A stretch of DNA of 63,540 bases, filler included, from Lenisia limosa (taxonomy: Eukaryota > Protista > Breviatea): assembly GCA_001655205.1 (NCBI GenBank). It is 8 parts of 8 records of this genome, joined end to end, with 100 filler letters (N's around TTAATTAATTAA, not from the genome) between each part and the next. Parts side by side here need not be neighbours in the genome. Positions count along the whole stretch, not along the records: positions 30,892 to 43,936 come from LPNZ01005143.1; positions 44,037 to 49,979 come from LPNZ01005037.1; 6 more parts are not named here. One strand, written 5' to 3'. Each line of letters opens with the position of its first letter. Within the stretch, counting starts at the first letter, position 1. Shown here in pieces: positions 35,950 through 49,500 of this stretch. The notes under the pieces are model-generated. The model did no database searches and had not been told where the DNA came from. It saw nothing but the letters and a program-made list of their open reading frames with translations. The translations under genes and the position numbers were made by a program.

Positions 35950-38900
35950 CGCCAAATAGCATTTGAATAGCGTCACATTACACTGCACTGACACCTTAAT
36001 GGATGAATTGTAGGCTTTGCATCCGATATCCGATGTAGTAATATGCACTTTCTTGAGGAATCGACATATAGGGTGGTGGCAGTTGCTTTCTCTATCCCTG
36101 AGTACTGCAAATGTATGCATCTCAACCAGGCACACATAAAAAAAACAAAGAAAGGGAGCTCACATAAAAGACATTATATATTACCTTATGAATTGGGACC
36201 TAGTTTTCTGAAATGGAGCTGACAAAAGAGTCTTGACCCTCGGATGTCATGTGAAGGTTGTCCGACAGCCTTCTCGTATCTGACCTGAGGGAGGGGAGAG
36301 TAAAGCGAAGGAAATTTCGAAGGAGAATATTGATAACAGTACTAATTACGAATTGAATAATCTGAAACAAAAAAAAAGGGGGGAGGTTCGCAAATAAAAA
36401 AAGGGAGGTTCGCAAATAAAAAAAGGAAGGTTCGCAAATAAAAAAAAGGGNNNNNNNNNNNNNNNNNNNNNNNNNNNNNNNNNNNNNNNNNNNNNNNNNN
36501 NNNNNNNNNNNNNNNNNNNNNNNNNNNNNNNNNNNNNNNNNNNNNNNNNNNNNNNNNNNNNNAAAAGGGAGGTTCGCAAATAAACAAAGGGAGGTTCGCA
36601 ATTAGGAGGAATAGATTTTCATACTTTCGACCCAAATTACCGGTCAGATGAGTATCCGAGTGAAGTGGTCAGGTCATCGCTAATGACCGACAGTGTAGAC
36701 ATTCGCTTTTGAGCAAAGCTTTTGATACTCCCAAGCTCGGAGGTCGAGTTGCTTCGCTTTCTTTCTGTGCGATGTACCTGGGGGTTTTTAATGAGATTCG
36801 AAATATATTGTCTAAAAAAATTCAGCTCCATACTTACAATACTAATACACACAATGCAGCCCAACCAATAAAATATTTTTAAACAAAAAAACCTGAAATC
36901 AACTCTGTCGGCATGCCCCACATTTGAGTCGAAATGATAAATGATAATACGATTTCAAATCCATGTGCTTCAGAATAAGGTCAATTATCAAGATATAAGT
37001 TGTCATATCACTGAGTAAAATAGTTTACATATGAGAGAATGATCCAAAAAGTGTATGGTAGTTAACATATGAGACAGCTCACCAAAGCTGGCCGATCTAA
37101 TGTCATTTCTGACGCAATGGAGGCCCTCCTTTCTCGAGGAACCAATTGGGCTGAATCATGAGACAAAAACTCTGTTTGCAATAAAAGATAGAACCCCCAG
37201 ACAATTAATTTTCAAGAGACAACCAGACTTATTGTAACAGAAACAAAAGTCCAACAAATCAAGACAGATTGCTATTTGGATGGACAAGGCTGTTGAAGTT
37301 AACTTTATTGATGCAACTCCACCCCCTCACATGAAAACCGCCGTGCTGGGAACTCATTTGTTAGTCTGTAGAATTAGGGTTGACAGAAAAAGGAAGCACA
37401 CACAGAATTATCATAAAGTATGAAGGAAAATGAAGGGATGTGAAAACAATAATACCAACAAACCGTTGCAAAGAAGGACGGATATCTTTACTCTGAATAA
37501 CAGGTTCACTACTACATCGCGGCATTGAGACTGTAGCGTGTTTTGGAGGAGGTATAAGATGCTCCATGCTTGTTACCTTCAACTTTGATGACGGCTTTTC
37601 CTTTTTCAGAGTATATCGGACCTGATTGGTTACAATTAAAATGTAGAAAACCTTGAAATGAAGAGAATAAGTTAGAATCATAATCTATAAATATTGTACA
37701 TGAATGTCTGAATACCTCCATAAGCACATCATAAGCACCATAAATAAAAGCAGTTTTGTACGCTAACCTCATCTTGCCAAGAGGCCACGTGATCCTGGAT
37801 TGGGAGGGCCGCAGGTGTGGCAACCTGGGGGAACAATTATAAAACAACTACAAACTGAATGTTAGCATCGAAATACAAAGCTTGGGGTTTATACTTCCAG
37901 ATTTCTTCACCATTTTTCAAGAGAAAACACCAGAACTCCTTACCTTGAGCAGATGGCGACTCAAAGGCGGCGACTCCGAAAAGGACGATGATGACGTGGT
38001 GTTGGTCAGTGATCGGCGCACTGCGGGGGACTGTGATCGTGAGTTGGTTTTTAGGTTTGTCAAGAGTTCCACAGAACTTGTCGAGTAGAGTATCGATATT
38101 CTGTTCAAATTTGTCCATGTCCTATTATCTCTTATCAGATCTATATTGTGCAAATATGTACAAAATATCAATACACTACAAGATAACCAAGCGCACCACG
38201 ACAGGTGAGGGTCGGGGGAAGGAGGTGAATGGTGAAGGGGGGATCTTGATCGGAGGTAGTGGTGCTTTTGACGGTGGAATGATTGAGTCCATTTCAACGC
38301 TGGAAGAGAGTAAACAGTGAGCATATATGTATATATATAGCAATGAGAAATAAACAATAAGGTAGTAGGCCGAAGCCGTCCACACCATCACGCTGATAAG
38401 AGATATTGGATTATAGTATAATATTAGTTCACCCAATTATTTGCCTTACAACTCTGTGCACACAGCTTTGCATGATAGGGTATCAAAATGTGTAGTTAGA
38501 GAGAATTTGGGATTCTGAGCCCAAAACACAGATTATTTGTATTGTTCTTTATTTGCATTATTGCTGTTACCCCCCCCCCCCCTNNNNNNNNNNNNNNNNN
38601 NNNNNNNNNNNNNNNNNNNNNNNNNNNNNNNNNNNNNNNNNNNNNNNNNNNNNNNNNNNNGCGTTCCCTATTGGCTGATAGTCAGTCAAAAACACCATGA
38701 GAGCTTTATTTCGGACCAAAAGAAGAACAGTATCTCAGAAAATTAGAGAGTCAGTGCTAATTTTATTACAAAAGGAGATTACGCAAGCTCATTTGGACCA
38801 TATTGAAACCCTGTCCCCTCTTCCCATTCACATGAAACACCAAGGAGGGGGGGTTGAGAAGGATGCGTGGTCGAAATATCTGATGCTGGCCTTTTCACAC

Positions 38901-41756
38901 TGGCAAGTGTAAAACTGACGAACAATATGCAAAACAAGTGTTTACGCTCCAACATTTTGAATTACGTCACAGCAAATAGTTTTTTTGAGATAGTGTATCA
39001 AAATTCACTAAGTTATTGGAGGGTTTTTGCAAACCTTGACCTCAACGACAGCTGAGACTCCATTGTTCGAGACTAAATTATTACATATTTGTTGAAAGGA
39101 AATACATCTCATCTCTGTATCACTATAAGGATAGCGAAAAAACTAGTTATTGTAATACTGCGACTTCAAAGAGATATGTAGGTTTGATGTGAAACCCAGA
39201 AAAGATGTATTGACCGATTTTGTCAACATCCGCAAACCTGAACAACACCGACAGTAAAGATAACTAAAAAGTCAATAGGTCAACTGAATTTGCATTTCTG
39301 AGACAATTCCACATATCATAGGATTAGCTACTATTGATAACATAGGTTGTACAATTTCAATTAATATTTAATCAATCTTCGAATGAAGGGAAAGCCAAAT
39401 ACAGAAGTACAGAACATATTTGCTTTCCCCACAGACTGACAATCGCGATTCCCACCACCACGACAAGGACGATAATGAGGACTACACTATTCGGAGTCAC
39501 ATACGCGGATTCTATAATGTCAAAAATATTAACCCAGAATGGAGATTATCCCATTTTTTCCAGGAATAAAGCACACAACTGAAAGTCATTTAGGCAGAGA
39601 AAACCAAAGGACCTAAGATCAAAATTGAACATTCTTTTGTCTTGGTAGATTATTGCTTCCCAACATCAAAATCGTGAGAGGTCTGCGATCCCTTCAAAAC
39701 TCACTTTCTTCTTCCAGTTCATTGTAGCATGGGAAGGAGTGGTACGTGTAACGTGAAGCAGAAGCACCCACAATCTGTGAGAACGTAACGAAAATGACTC
39801 ATCATCTCACTTGGATATGATTGTTAACAAGTAGGGCTTCCCTGCGGTCCGAAAAAGACCGTTTGAATATCGATATTTATTGAGGATTTATCGGGATACT
39901 CAGTCTTTTTTGGGAACGTAGGGATGCCATAATGTTAACCCATATTTCCTAGCGATATGCGCTTGCACAAATGAATTACTACAAATACTACAAATGATAT
40001 GCCATCCTTCCCACCGTGATTGAAACGCTTCCAACATCCAATTCGGTGACATCAAATGGACAATTAGCTATAACGTTATGAGACAATATTTAGAAATTAG
40101 AAAGGTGTAACCTATTGTATTGTTGCCTCCGTTAATATTTATATTCTCTACACTGCGTACTGTTTTTCTTGTAGTGGAAGACATGAATGGACCATCCGGT
40201 TGGTGCCAGTTTTCTTTGAAAACCAAGGTGTGTAGAATCAACCGCGCTAAAGACGATAAGCAGCACCAGGTAGGCTATGAAATACACCCTTCAAACGGAC
40301 CCCCCCCAGCCAACTGCATTGCAACAAAAGCCGTGTCTGCGTTATTTTGCTGCATCAACTCGAAGGACAAAAGGATGTTCAGCGGCTGTTGTGTGAGTTT
40401 AAATAATTTAGTGTAGTCACTACGAGTACCCAAAGCTAAAGTAATGTATTGTTTTAAGGAGTTTTCAATATTGCCCTATTATTATAGTAAATGAGGATAG
40501 TAGGAGTATTCGTGTAAGCTCAAGAAGAGAAAAGGAAACCAACATCAGGGGGGTTGAAGAGGTTGACATTCTTGGACCAAGATACTGTGCCATTGGGGAA
40601 AAACTCGTACAGATGAATCTGCGTGGTGAAGGTTTATTTTATATGTCCATTTTTTAACTTGGATAAATCCTCTCAGGATGATGACGATTGACCTTATGCG
40701 TATCCTCAAATCCTCTTCCTCAAGTTTATGTAGCTTGACACCTCCTTACCCTCCCTAAAGCAACAGGCTCGAAGACCTGTGAGAAGCGCCACCCTGTTTC
40801 TTTTTGGAGGAATGTCACCTTCATATTGTTAACAATCACAAAAGGCGTAGCATTATATATCATATTTTATATCATTCAAAACAAAAAAAAAAGGGGGGGG
40901 CTGCTGCACCATTGTGCCCCAGAAAATTGTTTGCGAACAGGAAGGAAAGAAAAAGTTGAAGGCGGCCATTTTTCCGCAACAGTGCCATCAGCTTGGAGTT
41001 TATCAGCCACCCAAAAAGAAATGATCATCCAAATAAAACCATCTTCAAATAACCATTTTCAAACAAAGGCAAACCTCAAATATGGAGCTTGGGTTGCTTG
41101 ATGCCATAAATGACACACCGTATTTGTTAGGGCCTGCTGCCACATCACTGTCCAGGTAAGTGATGACCTGAGCCACCCAAGCCAATGCAATTTAAGTTGA
41201 TTCATTCAATCATTTCCCTAATATAATTCCTGCAAAGTGTTCCTGGCAAAATACATGATGTTCCCATTTTGCATACTAGGAGAAATAGGTGAAGGTATCC
41301 TCCGCAGTGTTGAACAGAACGTTATTGTTGTCGGAGCACGGTGAGATCTACTGGATAAGGGATGCGTACGTAACAATATTATTTGATTAATCTGATTATT
41401 TAATTGTGTTTTTAATAGTTTGATCAAAGTTGGGACTTTTGACTTTGCTAAACCAATCTTTAAAAAACCAAATTGAATTCACCAACCGAATAATAATACC
41501 CCCCCCCCCAACGTTCCATCCTTCATCAAACCCGTCAGTCACTGTGCTTGCCAGGGGAGCACAAAGAGGACGGGGGTCATCATGCTGGAAGGCGGCAACG
41601 TCACCGAAGTTTCTGTTGGCGGTGAGAAGAGGGGGTGGTAACGAGAAAACCATACATTTGTGAAGCTTTAAGTTCGCCGAATGATTTATAGTCTTCAGTA
41701 GCACTGCCTATTGCCAAGAAGGACAGAAGAAAGCCAACAACGCAAGGCAAGAGCAT
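35950..41756 (-). CDS. Large type I membrane protein: signal peptide, ectodomain, TM, Ser/Pro-rich cytoplasmic region (could be two genes)
   Basis: MLLPCVVGFLLSFLAIGSA; exons NFGDVAAFQHDD, IHLYEFFPNGTVSWS, IVGASASRYTYHSFPC; TM VVLIIVLVVVVGIAIVSLWG near 39450; low-complexity exons 36600-38320. Confidence 0.55.
36381..36603. repeat. ~22-bp minisatellite spanning a gap
   Basis: gggaggttcgcaaataaaaaaa units on both sides of the Ns. Confidence 0.9.
38368..38470 (-). mobile_element. Family B dispersed element, near full length
   Basis: gccgaagccgtccacaccatcacgctgataagagatattggattatag...cacccaattatttgccttacaactctgtgcacacagcttt. Confidence 0.85.
39833..39928. mobile_element. Family A MITE (cttccc subtype)
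   Basis: tagggcttccctgcggtccgaaaaagac...ggaacgtagggatgcc. Confidence 0.85.
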
Positions 41757-41908
41757 TGTCAGCCGCCTTCTCGGCGGTTATCTATTAATATAGTATCTCC
41801 TCAAGTCTTCAAACTGTAATTTGATTATACAATGCAATAATAATGTTGGCTTTCCGTTCTCGAGTTAGCTGATTCGTGACCCTAGGTTTAAAATGGTTTT
41901 AGCTTTTG

Positions 41909-41926
41909 GCGGGGGCGGGGCGGCGC
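41909..41926. promoter_or_regulatory. GC-box-like motif between divergent genes
   Basis: ggcggggcggggcggcgc in AT-rich spacer between ATG 41756(-) and ATG 42356(+). Confidence 0.35.
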
Positions 41927-42355
41927 TCTTCCTTCCTTTTCACCATCACACCATACTTCTTACACACTTTTACAGATAAAGAGGGGGAAGAAGAAAGAAA
42001 AAAAGACAAATTGGGCGAGTCAAACACCCGACTTAGACATCACAACTCCTTTCTTACCCTTCCCTTTCTTTAGACTCCCCGTACGTTCAGATAAAATAAT
42101 TATTGGGAAATTCTACCGATAAGAGCAGGTGTTCTTGGTAACCCCAACCACAATCAGTGGTTAGGCCCTCCCAACTGTCAATCCTAATCAACGTGTCTGG
42201 TTAAGGTTGGCTTGAATCCCCTCATGATTTGCGATAATAATTTCCGTGTTACTTCATGTTTAAGGCTCATTATTTTGATTATGGTTCACAAGGGTTGCCT
42301 TCTGCCTTCTTATGTAACCTAGCCCCAACCATTACCAATAACCCAGCCATAAGCC

Positions 42356-43712
42356 ATGGCGTTCGCAGCCAGGACGCGAGGGTCGAAAACAGCCAACAAC
42401 ATCCGTGGATTGCCGTCAACATCAAAGTCTTCCTTGCCTTCCAGATCACAGACATCTCTCCAGGTTTGCTCTTATGTCTAGAGGGCTTATTTTTGTGAGC
42501 TTTGTGGGCTTTTGCTTGCATTTTCCATCTTTCATGAACATGTGATCGAGCTATTATGTTCATATTGTAGGGACTTTCTCCGCTCTCTCCAACGGAAAGT
42601 CAAAATGTGCCCTCGTACATGAGATCTACTCGAACGTCTCAAAGGCACACCAATCTTGAAATGAGCAATATGCGGAACACGTTACCAGCTATTCACTCTA
42701 CTACTAACCCCAAGTCTGAGGGCATACAATATGTGGTTTTTGAAGGGGTTTGTTGGGAGATAGCATCTTACACACTGGATACATATATAATCTGCTCTTC
42801 TTATTACATTATTAAATATCGAAGTCAAGTAGCATACAATTAGTGCGTGACTTCTGCCAAAAAACAAGAGAACAATTGAGATATTTGTGGATATTGAGAG
42901 ACCTAGCTCGTGTTTGTAGCGGAGGTGTTGCCCTTGTGATGTCTGTAGCAAAGCGGCACAGAAACGGCAGGTTCAGCGCATAAACCCCAATTCAGCTCGA
43001 CTTGCAACAGCTGCAAACAAAGAGGGACTGGTGGGGGGTAAGGGCTGATCATTTTTTCCCCTCTCAAGTTTACAAATTCCCGTTAATTGGTAAATCAGAG
43101 TACAGCTCCTTATTTCCTTAGACTAAAACTGGCTTTGTGCACCGTTCAAAGGAATCCCTTCCAAAAAACTCGTCAATGACTCATGTTGAATGGAGGCAAT
43201 CGCAAAAGAAGGAAGAACAGGTCAAGCTGCAGAAGCGCGAGGAGCGAAAAGCACGGGCCTGGTCGAAGCTTGCTGATTCTGTCAAATCAGGGAAGGTATG
43301 GTGTATATTCAGAGTTTCATCCTGAACAACAGAGGCATATAATATCGAGGATGTATGGAATAATTCAGTTTTTATTTGCCCGTTGCTGGGTGTTACTCAG
43401 CCAATAGCGAAACATTCTGATATGCATATTGTACCACGTCACATTAGCTAATCCGAGAGATTTTGGTCACACAAAAAGCTGTGTGCACAGAGTTGTAAGG
43501 CAAAAGATTGGGTGATTTGATAATATACTCTAATCCCACTCTGATAAGCGTGTGCGTCTTCCGCCAGATACCACCTTGTTATATTTTGATGCTTCCACAA
43601 TTCTCCTTGATGATGGGCTTATAGTTTATTTCTCACTCTTTAGCTGGCTCCAGTCAAGTGGAATTTTGTGAAAACAGCGGAATTCCAAGCACAGGTCAGA
43701 CAGTGGCTTTGA
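42356..43712 (+). CDS. Hypothetical basic protein
   Basis: MAFAARTRGSKT..|GLSPLSPTESQNVPSYM..|RRCCPCDVCSK..|TKTGFVHRSK..VKSGK|LAPVKWNFVKTAEFQAQVRQWL*. Confidence 0.65.
43473..43582 (+). mobile_element. Family B dispersed element
   Basis: aaagctgtgtgcacagagttgtaaggcaaaagattgggtga...ccgccagataccaccttg. Confidence 0.8.
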
Positions 43713-44037
43713 TGCTACAAAAATACACTGCTATTGCTCTCGTAACGTATTTGTTAGGACGATGGGGAAATGAAAACTTTTTAACTAGTAATATACTATG
43801 TATTAGACACTATATAATCCTATGTTACTTGTCATATATATTACTACATGAATTCTCATCATTCGCTGCTACTTGGTTATGGCTTATGCTCAAATCTTTA
43901 TTATTTTTCAGGTTTCGGTGTTTTCGGCCACACAGCNNNNNNNNNNNNNNNNNNNNNNNNNNNNNNNNNNNNNNNNNNNNTTAATTAATTAANNNNNNNN
44001 NNNNNNNNNNNNNNNNNNNNNNNNNNNNNNNNNNNNG

Positions 44038-44445
44038 TGATCCACAAACGAAACCCTCAAACTGTAGTCGTACATAGAGCTATACTTATCACCTACAATG
44101 GGTTAAAAAGGTGGCAGTGCAATTCTAGTTGAAATTTGAAGTGGGATATACAGTATCATATTGTAAATCTATATTGTCTACTATCTAATATATCACAATA
44201 TATCGATATACCGAAATATGATATAGATATGACATACTAATATATCGATATACTATATACCCAAGGCTTCACTTCGGTTTGAGAAAATATCGATAGTTTT
44301 CGAGGATTGATAGAGAAATTCAGTCTTTGTAAGTCCTAGAGATATACTTTTACCTAAAAAAAAACAAGCCATAAGAAAACCAGCATAGAAAGTACCCCCT
44401 ACCTTCATAGCTGGGTTCTTGCATCGGCAATGTGTCCGACACTGG
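44038..44445 (-). CDS. Isolated exon-like fragments of an unresolved gene running into a gap
   Basis: cag|TGTCGG..ATGAAG|gtagg and tgtag|GTGATAAG exon-like segments. Confidence 0.3.
44263..44339. mobile_element. Family A MITE, right TIR degenerate
   Basis: aaggcttcacttcggttt plus conserved core. Confidence 0.75.
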
Positions 44446-44534
44446 GGGGTTAGAGAAACATAGATAGAAATGATAAATACAAAAAGATTATATCTAGGAG
44501 TTTAGAGAATTCATACACATAATACCTTATGGAG

Positions 44535-44690
44535 ATGAGAAATACAAGGTTGTATCTGGTCGAAGCCGTCCATATCATCACGCTAATAAGAGACATTGAA
44601 TTATAGAATCTAGCCGAAGATGTCCACACCATCACGCTGATAAGAGATTTGGATTATGGTATCTGGCTGAAGCCATCCATACCATCACGC
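44535..44690 (-). mobile_element. Family B, three tandem partial copies
   Basis: gaagccgtccatatcatcacgc / gaagatgtccacaccatcacgc / gaagccatccataccatcacgc. Confidence 0.8.
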
Positions 44691-45136
44691 CCCCCCCCCC
44701 CCNNNNNNNNNNNNNNNNNNNNNNNNNNNNNNNNNNNNNNNNNNNNNNNNNNNNNNNNNNNNNNNNNNNNNNNNNNNNNNNNNNNNGAACTAAGGGGTCA
44801 AAGTAGAACAACATCCCAGAATAAATGGCTCATCTAAAAAAAACAAAAAATGGTGCAAGTTTGTTTAGCTTCTGTATTTCAAAAAGGATAAAAGTGGTAT
44901 TGTTATGAACAAAATTAAAAAAAGGTCAATTTTTGCAACTACAGACGGTTTTCAATAAAAATACCGCACCATTTTTAGACAAGCCGAAAAAGTCCAGTAG
45001 AAATTTAAAGATTTTCGGATCGAACTATTCAGTCTTCTTTCGGTCAAAGGGAGCAGTGTGTTTATTTTATGTAGGAAACAATAATACAAAGCAAACAAAA
45101 CAAAAAAAAAAGGAGCAAAAACAGAAGGACACAAAG

Positions 45137-46230
45137 ATGGAAGGGTGCGAAATATGCTCCAGGCCAGTCAACTTGAAGATATTTGTCAAGAGAGGACGGG
45201 TATGCACAAAGGTACCGCTTTGTCTTGCCAGCTTCATCTTTTTGTACAATATTTTAGCTGTGTTTTAGTTCGAACTCTTCGTTTACCTGGGATTAATTAC
45301 AATCTGTCTCAGTACATAATTATATGTATGAATTCTCCCCTCTTCTGATCGGCCTATTTGTGGAACTTCGTGACCAGAAATTTGTCGATCAAATAGTCCA
45401 AAAGCTCCGTTTTGAGCTGACTACCAGTCTTGGTGAAAAACCTCTCGTCCTCAGGTATTGAAAGGTATTTTTATCAAGCACTGGTAATATGTATTCTGTC
45501 TTGTCGAAATATTGAGTCTTTAATCACATCACAAAACCGGGACACTATTCTTCCATAATCCTTAGACATACAAGGGGCTAGATTTTGTTTAAGTCACTCT
45601 CATCACTTTTTTTCTCTCCAGCAACTCAAGGACCTGCACGGTTCGGGCATTGCCCACCGTGACATTAAACCAGAAAATGTTCTCTATTGTGGATGAACAT
45701 TCTCGTTTTAGATTTGCCTTATTAATGACCCTTTCAATATTTTGAGTGTGTTTTTCGGCGTTAAGATTTACTGGTGAGGATTAAACTTCAGGTGTGAAAT
45801 TGGGTGCGGATGTTAGGTTTCTTCTCTGGTGTGATATGCACGTGTAATATGTATAGATGATAGTCCATCTGCCTCATTGTTCATCGATCTGTGGACACCT
45901 GCCGCTTCGAGTCCCATTGTCGAATTGTAAACATTTTCCAACGCTTACTGCTTTCACTTATCAACCCTGTGATTCTTAAGTTTAGCTTGAGTTTGTCCTT
46001 GTTATATATCACTGTTTTAACATATGAAGTTTGGCAGTGATCCAATTTCATTCCTGATCTCACAACCCTCCATATTTCGGCTGAAGGTCTATCAATGCTT
46101 CCTAAACTCAGGACTCCGCCCCCAACACCCCAGACCCGCGCCCTAGCCTCCCAGCATGCCAGCCTGACCTCGCTGCGATTGTATCGCGCCGCGCGAATGT
46201 GTAGATTACTATGACACTACCTTCAGTTTC
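45137..46230 (+). CDS. Hypothetical gene containing a protein-kinase catalytic-loop segment
   Basis: ATG 45137 with gtatgc donor; segment 45622-45690 reads QLKDLHGSGIAHRDIKPENVLY in one frame. Confidence 0.45.
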
Positions 46231-46374
46231 TTACAGAATCGTGGACAGCACACATAAATAGGAATATTACTGTAGTTCATGACGGAGTTTTGCACCATTT
46301 TTGTGCAAAATCGAGATGCAAGCGTTTCATCGGTATGAGAAAAAACAACAAAAGCAAATAGAACAAAAACAGAC

Positions 46375-46488
46375 TAAAATGGATATCGACCTCATAAAAA
46401 CAGACCAAATCGTCCTCACAAAAACAGACCAAAAGTGATATCGTCCTCATAAAAACAGAAATGGATATCGTCCTCATAAAAACAAATA
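46375..46488. repeat. ~27-bp imperfect minisatellite x4
   Basis: gatatcgtcctcataaaaacaga units. Confidence 0.85.
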
Positions 46489-46569
46489 ATTTTTTTTTAA
46501 TTTGGTTATTGTAAATAATAGGCAGGATTCTAAGAGAAAAGCAGTCTTTTTTCGAACCGCTACTAGTAA

Positions 46570-49500
46570 CTACTCCCGCGTACCCGGAGAAGGGCGCTTC
46601 AGTTTAAGCGTCGTGGTCGGCTTCGAAAGCTTCGGAGCTAAGTTCCCTGCCGCTCGCGGGGGCAAAGCACTTGGTAAACCGGATGAAAGAGAGGCGTGAC
46701 GTGCAGCGGGAAGGGCGGAGGGCAATACGGACGGGACTCTGCTGCTGATTTGAGGGGGTTGCGGTGCGGCTTGCTTTGGTTTTGGGGGCATGATGTTGGA
46801 AGCAAGGGGAGCTTGGGAGATTTGAGCGTTTTGGGGTCTGAACATGGCCGAAGGTTGTTTGGATGGAGTGGCAGCTTGGGGCATAGCGGGTTGTGGTTGT
46901 GGCNNNNNNNNNNNNNNNNNNNNNNNNNNNNNNNNNNNNNNNNNNNNNNNNNNNNNNNNNNNNNNNNNNNNNNNNNNNNNNNNNNNNNNNNNNNNNNNNN
47001 NNAATTTAAATGCCTGAAATGTTCCTCAGAACAAAAAAAAATAAAAATAATGATAATAATAAAAAGAGTTCATCAGAACATAACGACTTCCTTCAAATTA
47101 TGATACAAATTATTTCAATTAATTTGGCAAAAACAGGTAGTTTAATTAGGGCTTCCCTACAGTCTCAAAAAAAAAGACCGAATATCTCGATAATCCTCGA
47201 TGAATATCGATATTTAAACGGTCTTTTTCCGATCGTTAATAAACCCCAAGTATAACATAATACCTCTCCCCCCACGGTCTTCGACAACTGCGGAGCCTCA
47301 ACTTGAGAAACCACAGGACATGGTTTAGGAGTGTTATTGGCGGCGGAATGAGACGCCGGCACGGCTTTCGGCGGAAGTACGGGAGTCGAAGTGATTATTG
47401 CAGAAGGAACTGGAGGAGTTGGGGCAGGTGAAGGGGCGGCGACGGGGGAAGGTGGAGGATGAAGGAGCTCGTTAAGGGTGTCTTGGGGGAAGAGTTTTCC
47501 GGAAGCTGCAGTGATTAGAAAGTCTTCAACCGATTCATTATGTAACCTAACCCCAGATCCATGAATTTTGGTATAAAGAGCCAAAATCTGCACTCCCACA
47601 AATAATAATAATCATTAAACACCCCCACCCCCACTCCCACCATTAACAGCTGCGGCCNNNNNNNNNNNNNNNNNNNNNNNNNNNNNNNNNNNNNNNNNNN
47701 NNNNNNNNNNNNNNNNNNNNNNNNNNNNNNNNNNNNNNNNNNNNNNNNNNNNNNNNNNCAAGAATCAGATTTGTTATAGGATCAAGAATTAAATGTTTTT
47801 GAGAACAAGCAAGCTGCTCATTAAATAAAATCTACGGAAACAAAATTAACTTACAGGTGACCGAAGGAGGCAGGCCGGGGCTTTGATTGCGCCTTTGCGC
47901 AAGGAAATCAACTGTTTGCGCGTCAGAGGCGTATTTACTTGTCTTCTTCCAGTTTCGCCGCACCGGGCGGTCTAATTTCGACAAATCAGAAGGTGGCTTG
48001 ACCTGGGGGAGGGAGGGGGGGGGGTTAAAATGTACATTTATGGGGAGAAAAAAGTGGAAAACAAACGAATAAATCTAATAAATACATGGGGACAGGCACA
48101 CCCACCTTGCAAGGTTGGGGGAAGTGTGGCGGTACGTGGTAGGCTTCTGAAGAAATGGATCGGTCTAAAAAATGATTTTTCATGATCTTTTCCCCAGTCA
48201 CTGTAGACCGATGATTTATCGAGGAGTAAGCTGTGAGTGGACTGGGTGATGTACACTGCATAATGAACAACAACGACGGTAACGTCCTTTCCAAATCCCC
48301 CCCCCCCCCAAANNNNNNNNNNNNNNNNNNNNNNNNNNNNNNNNNNNNNNNNNNNNNNNNNNNNNNNNNNNNNTGAGGACGTGTGAATCGGAATTTGACT
48401 ATTTGGTCGGAAGGGCGCTGACCGGGGGTGTCGTACTAAGGGATTAAAAAAAAGAAAAAACGAAATAGGTAGAAAAGCAAATAGATAGAAAAATAGAAGG
48501 GGTGGGAGTGGGGGTGGTGTGGAGTGAGGAGAGGGGATGGGAAAAGGCTACAAGTTCACAAAGGTCAAAAATCATCATCAAAAATGAATTGAAATTATGG
48601 AGTAATAGTCTTGGTTCCCATCAGTTCATGTGAGACTATATCAAAAGTATTTTCACTGAAACAACGATCCCTCCTGATCTAATTTACCCTCCCCAGAATG
48701 CAATTGCTTTTCTGTTTTATATTCGGCAGATCAACTCTCTCTCAATTGTTCTCGATGGTTTGTAAAGTCCCATATTTCAAGGCCATTCAAACTGAAGCTC
48801 TTGGTGTAAACCCGTAGTTTCAACTAGCGCATTGAAGCTATTTTTGTTTAACTTTTCTTTAGATTGAGGCTCCCAAAACCCCCAATCTTCGCTTGAGTGG
48901 TTTGGTCAGGGTATGACATTCATCGAGGTGCAATTCCCAGTTCAGCTATTCAACAATGGATATTTCCAGCTTGTTACCTTATTCTACTATTGTTGGCGCA
49001 TTGCCGCGATTCGTTGTCGAGACAGACACTGAATCTATCACATTCGCCTATCACAAAAAATAAGACACAAAGAGAAAACGCAGGTAGAGGAGGAGCGAAG
49101 GGTGTTAACTGTCGCTGTCGCGTCGCAAATATCTTGGGTTACAAGAAGAAAGATAAAAACGAGAGAAAAACGCGACCAGTCCGGGACTTGAACGGGTTGT
49201 TTCGTGGTGCAAGCTCAGCAAGCGTGGTGCATTTTGTTCATTTTAATCTCGCCATCACGCATAAAAGTGAAATTGGATAATATATCAATGAGAAATCAAA
49301 AACAAGGTTGTATCTGGCCGAAGCCCTCCACACCATCACGCTTATTAGAGATATTAGATTCTAGTATCATAGTAATTCACCCAACCAATTACCATACAAC
49401 TCTGTGAACAATATACCAATGACCCCCACTTTCGGGACAATCTGCCTGGGGTTGACGAGGGGTTCGATCACGGTATTACCCCGAGGTATCAAGGGGTGGT

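Noticed and set aside
41148-41165. ACTTACCTGG on the minus strand resembling the U1 snRNA 5' end
   Set aside because: No further U1 structure; it lies in a coding exon (VITYLDSD)
14162-46490. Short direct-repeat arrays (14166, 36381, 46375) considered as CRISPR-like
   Set aside because: No unique spacers, eukaryotic context, no cas genes; they are minisatellites
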